From the NCBI GenBank assembly GCA_016182235.1, contig JACOXT010000003.1, forward strand, positions 66,209 through 130,208: 64,000 nt of DNA. Reading direction: 5' to 3'. The translations under genes were made by a program, and so were the position numbers. Positions within the stretch are counted from its first letter, which is position 1. The number at the start of each line of letters is the position of its first letter. This document shows, piece after piece, positions 61,617 to 64,000 of the stretch. Source of the DNA: Candidatus Levyibacteriota bacterium (GTDB taxonomy: Bacteria > Patescibacteriota > Microgenomatia > Levybacterales > UBA12049). The notes under the pieces were generated by a model. That model saw only the letters and a list, made by a program, of their open reading frames with translations. It was not told where the DNA came from and ran no database searches.

Positions 61617-63731
61617 ATGGCTGAAAATAGAAGAGCAACAGAACTAGATAAAATTAGAAATATAGGCATTATTGCTCATATTGACGCCGGCAAGACCACG
61701 ACTACTGAGCGTATTTTGTATTACACTGGCAAGACCTACAAAATCGGTGATATTGATGAAGGGACAACGGTAATGGACTGGATGGAAGAAGAAAGAAAAA
61801 GGGGTATTACAATTGTTTCGGCCGCAACTACAACTTATTGGAAGGATCACAGAATAAATATTATTGATACTCCTGGGCACGTTGATTTTACAGCAGAGGT
61901 AGAGAGGTCTCTTAGAGTTTTGGATGGAGGAATAACTGTTTTGGACGCGGAAGAGGGCGTGCAGTCGCAGTCTGAGACTGTCTGGAGGCAGGCAGATAAA
62001 TATAAAGTGCCGAGGATTTGTTTCGTCAATAAAATGGATAAAGTTGGCGCAGACTTTTTTGCGACTGTAAAAAGCATAGAAGACAGACTTGGCGCAAATC
62101 CCGCGATTATGGTTTTACCAATCGGAGTTGAGTCGACCTTTAAGGGGATTTATGATCTTTTGAATAGAAAATCTATTATTTGGTCTGGCGAGGAGCTTGG
62201 AGCAAAGTTTACAGAGGGAGACGAAGTTCCGCAGGGTTTGAAAGATAAGATCGAAGAGTATAGAAGTAAATTAGTTGAAAAAATAGCGGAGACAGACGAC
62301 GCGCTTCTAGAAAAATATCTCGCGAATGAGACGCCAACGGTTGAGGAGTTAAAAAAAGCCTTAAGGAAAGCAGTTATCGGATATAAGCTTGTTCCTATTT
62401 TTGCCGGATCATCTTTAAGAAATAAAGGGGTTCAGCCTCTTTTGGACGGGGTCGTAGATTATCTTCCTTCCCCGGTTGACTTAGGATCTGTCAAAGGAAT
62501 TAATCCAAAAACAAATGCGGAAGAAATAAGGAAACTTACTCCGGAAGAACCTATGTCCGGCCTTGTTTTCAAGATCCAAAATGATCCTCATGTGGGAAAG
62601 CTGACCTACTTTAGAATTTACTCCGGAAAAATATCTTCGGGATCTTATTCCTACAATAGCACAAAAAATAAACAGGAGCGTATCGGGAGACTTCTTTTGA
62701 TGCATTCAAATCAAAGAGAAGAGATAAAAGAAGGATCTACAGGGGAGATTGTTGCTATAGTCGGGCTTAAGGAGAGCGGAACAGGAGATACGCTATGCGA
62801 TGCGTCAAAGCCAATTATTCTTGAAAAAATTTCTTTTCCAGATCCTGTCATATCTTTGGCAATTGAACCTAAGACAAAATCTGATCAGGAAAAACTTGGT
62901 TACGCGTTAAAACGTCTTATGGATGAGGATCCAACTTTTCATGTAAAGACTAACCATGAAACAGGCCAAACTATTATCTCGGGCGTTGGTGAGCTTCAGC
63001 TTGAAGTAAAGGTAAATACGATGAAAAGCGATTTTGGGGTTGATGCCAGCGTTGGTGATCCTCAGGTAGCTTACAAAGAAACTATTGGTAAAACTGCGGA
63101 AGGAGAGGGGAAATATATAAGGCAATCCGGGGGTCGGGGACAATATGGACATTGTTTTTTGAGAGTTGAACCTAAGCCTCGAGGAGAGGGATTTGAGTTT
63201 GTAAATGCGATTAAAGGCGGAGCAATACCTTCGGAATTTGTGACTTCAATTGAAAAGGGAGTTCGCGAAACAATGGAAAATGGGATACTTCTTGGATATC
63301 CAATGGTTGATATGACTGTCACCGTTTATGACGGATCCTACCATGAAGTTGATTCTTCGGATATTGCTTTTAAAATTGCAGCTTCTCAGGCTTTGCAAGC
63401 AGCCACTAAAAAAGCAGGTTTAACGCTTTTGGAACCAATTATGAAAGTTGAAGTAACAACGCCAAGTGAATTTATGGGGGATGTTATTGGAGATTTGTCT
63501 TCAAAAAGAGCGCAAATCTCTGAAACTCAAGAAAGAAGCAGGGCAACTATTATTCTGGCCTTAGCACCTCTTGCTGAGCTCTCAGGGTACGCGACTACAC
63601 TTCGTTCCATGTCCAAAGGAAGAGCGTCGTACTATATGGAGCCTTCTCATTATGAAGAAGTGCCGAAAAATATCTTGGAACAAATGCTAGCCAAATCCAC
63701 ATTCACAGGACGAGTTTCTGCACAACAATAA
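61617..63731 (+). CDS. fusA: Elongation factor G
   Basis: IRNIGIIAHIDAGKTTTTERILYYTG, DTPGHVDF, NKMDK, 704 aa. Confidence 0.98.
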   Translation: MAENRRATELDKIRNIGIIAHIDAGKTTTTERILYYTGKTYKIGDIDEGTTVMDWMEEERKRGITIVSAATTTYWKDHRINIIDTPGHVDFTAEVERSLRVLDGGITVLDAEEGVQSQSETVWRQADKYKVPRICFVNKMDKVGADFFATVKSIEDRLGANPAIMVLPIGVESTFKGIYDLLNRKSIIWSGEELGAKFTEGDEVPQGLKDKIEEYRSKLVEKIAETDDALLEKYLANETPTVEELKKALRKAVIGYKLVPIFAGSSLRNKGVQPLLDGVVDYLPSPVDLGSVKGINPKTNAEEIRKLTPEEPMSGLVFKIQNDPHVGKLTYFRIYSGKISSGSYSYNSTKNKQERIGRLLLMHSNQREEIKEGSTGEIVAIVGLKESGTGDTLCDASKPIILEKISFPDPVISLAIEPKTKSDQEKLGYALKRLMDEDPTFHVKTNHETGQTIISGVGELQLEVKVNTMKSDFGVDASVGDPQVAYKETIGKTAEGEGKYIRQSGGRGQYGHCFLRVEPKPRGEGFEFVNAIKGGAIPSEFVTSIEKGVRETMENGILLGYPMVDMTVTVYDGSYHEVDSSDIAFKIAASQALQAATKKAGLTLLEPIMKVEVTTPSEFMGDVIGDLSSKRAQISETQERSRATIILALAPLAELSGYATTLRSMSKGRASYYMEPSHYEEVPKNILEQMLAKSTFTGRVSAQQ

Positions 63732-63785
63732 GAGTAATGAGAAGAAAATCGACGAACTATACCAAGACAAAGTTAATTTATCTAT

Positions 63786-64000
63786 TTACTTGTCTATAAT
63801 TTTAAAACTTGAAAGCATATATTTAATATCTTCTTCATATCTTTGTTTATCAGTTCCAACTGCAGATGTTGCAATAGTATAAACTTCGTTATTAAGTTTG
63901 ATATGATAAAAGTCAGTAGTTCCGTATTCAAGTTTATGAAGTGTCACGAATAGTAATTGCCCTACTTGTTTCTCTATAAAAATATTCTTTTGGCCACTGA
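63786..64000 (-). CDS. 3' part of a gene running off the window; tail ...DIKYMLSSFKIIDK* resembles the QILSTF-tail family
   Basis: The minus-strand frame is open from 64000 to the TAA at 63786-63788. This ORF is not in the ORF track because it is partial. Confidence 0.4.
   Translation of the reverse strand, partial: SGQKNIFIEKQVGQLLFVTLHKLEYGTTDFYHIKLNNEVYTIATSAVGTDKQRYEEDIKYMLSSFKIIDK

Noticed and set aside
1-64000. Search for tRNA, rRNA and CRISPR features
   Set aside because: I found no cloverleaf-compatible GTTCRAnnC T-arm contexts, rRNA-like conserved blocks or direct-repeat arrays by eye. A tRNAscan-SE/Infernal run would be needed to be certain.

Overview
AT-rich, very gene-dense bacterial chromosome segment. 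Domain-minimised housekeeping proteins, a membrane-anchored Clp-like ATPase, many small membrane proteins and lineage-specific secreted paralogs suggest a Candidate Phyla Radiation / Patescibacteria-type genome; this is inference from gene content only. The backbone is the groEL 3' end, a minus-strand envelope glycosylation cluster, tatD-metG, CIRCE-hrcA-grpE-dnaK-dnaJ, nusA-infB-rpsO-pnp, RNase J, ftsK, mltG, alaS, nth, and rpoB-rpoC-rpsL-rpsG followed after an island by fusA. I found no rRNA, tRNA or CRISPR array. Main observations: (1) Five conserved genes (groEL, metG, pnp, nth, rpsG) are each followed by non-syntenic DNA and then a displaced copy of their own 3' coding end. Where the functional tail is also present, the two copies differ mostly by synonymous changes. 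This looks like a recurrent gene-gain signature anchored in housekeeping genes. (2) A complete T-box antiterminator/terminator switch precedes an orphan proB. (3) About 15 genes have sigma70-like promoters butted against the start codon, implying leaderless mRNAs, and this corrects several ORF-track starts. (4) A five-member family of membrane-anchored or secreted proteins ends in QILSTF(K/Q/R)F. Two members form an inverted pair around a membrane-Clp module and one is fused to an RDD domain. (5) Several small cargo units are uncharacterised: a retropepsin-like two-gene cassette, and a GC-richer 249-aa ORF next to a hairpin-flanked Y1 (IS200/RAYT-like) transposase. (6) A GC-rich non-coding block of about 215 bp upstream of hrcA may be a structured RNA of unknown class. 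All coordinates and identities were derived by hand from the sequence; no database search was possible.
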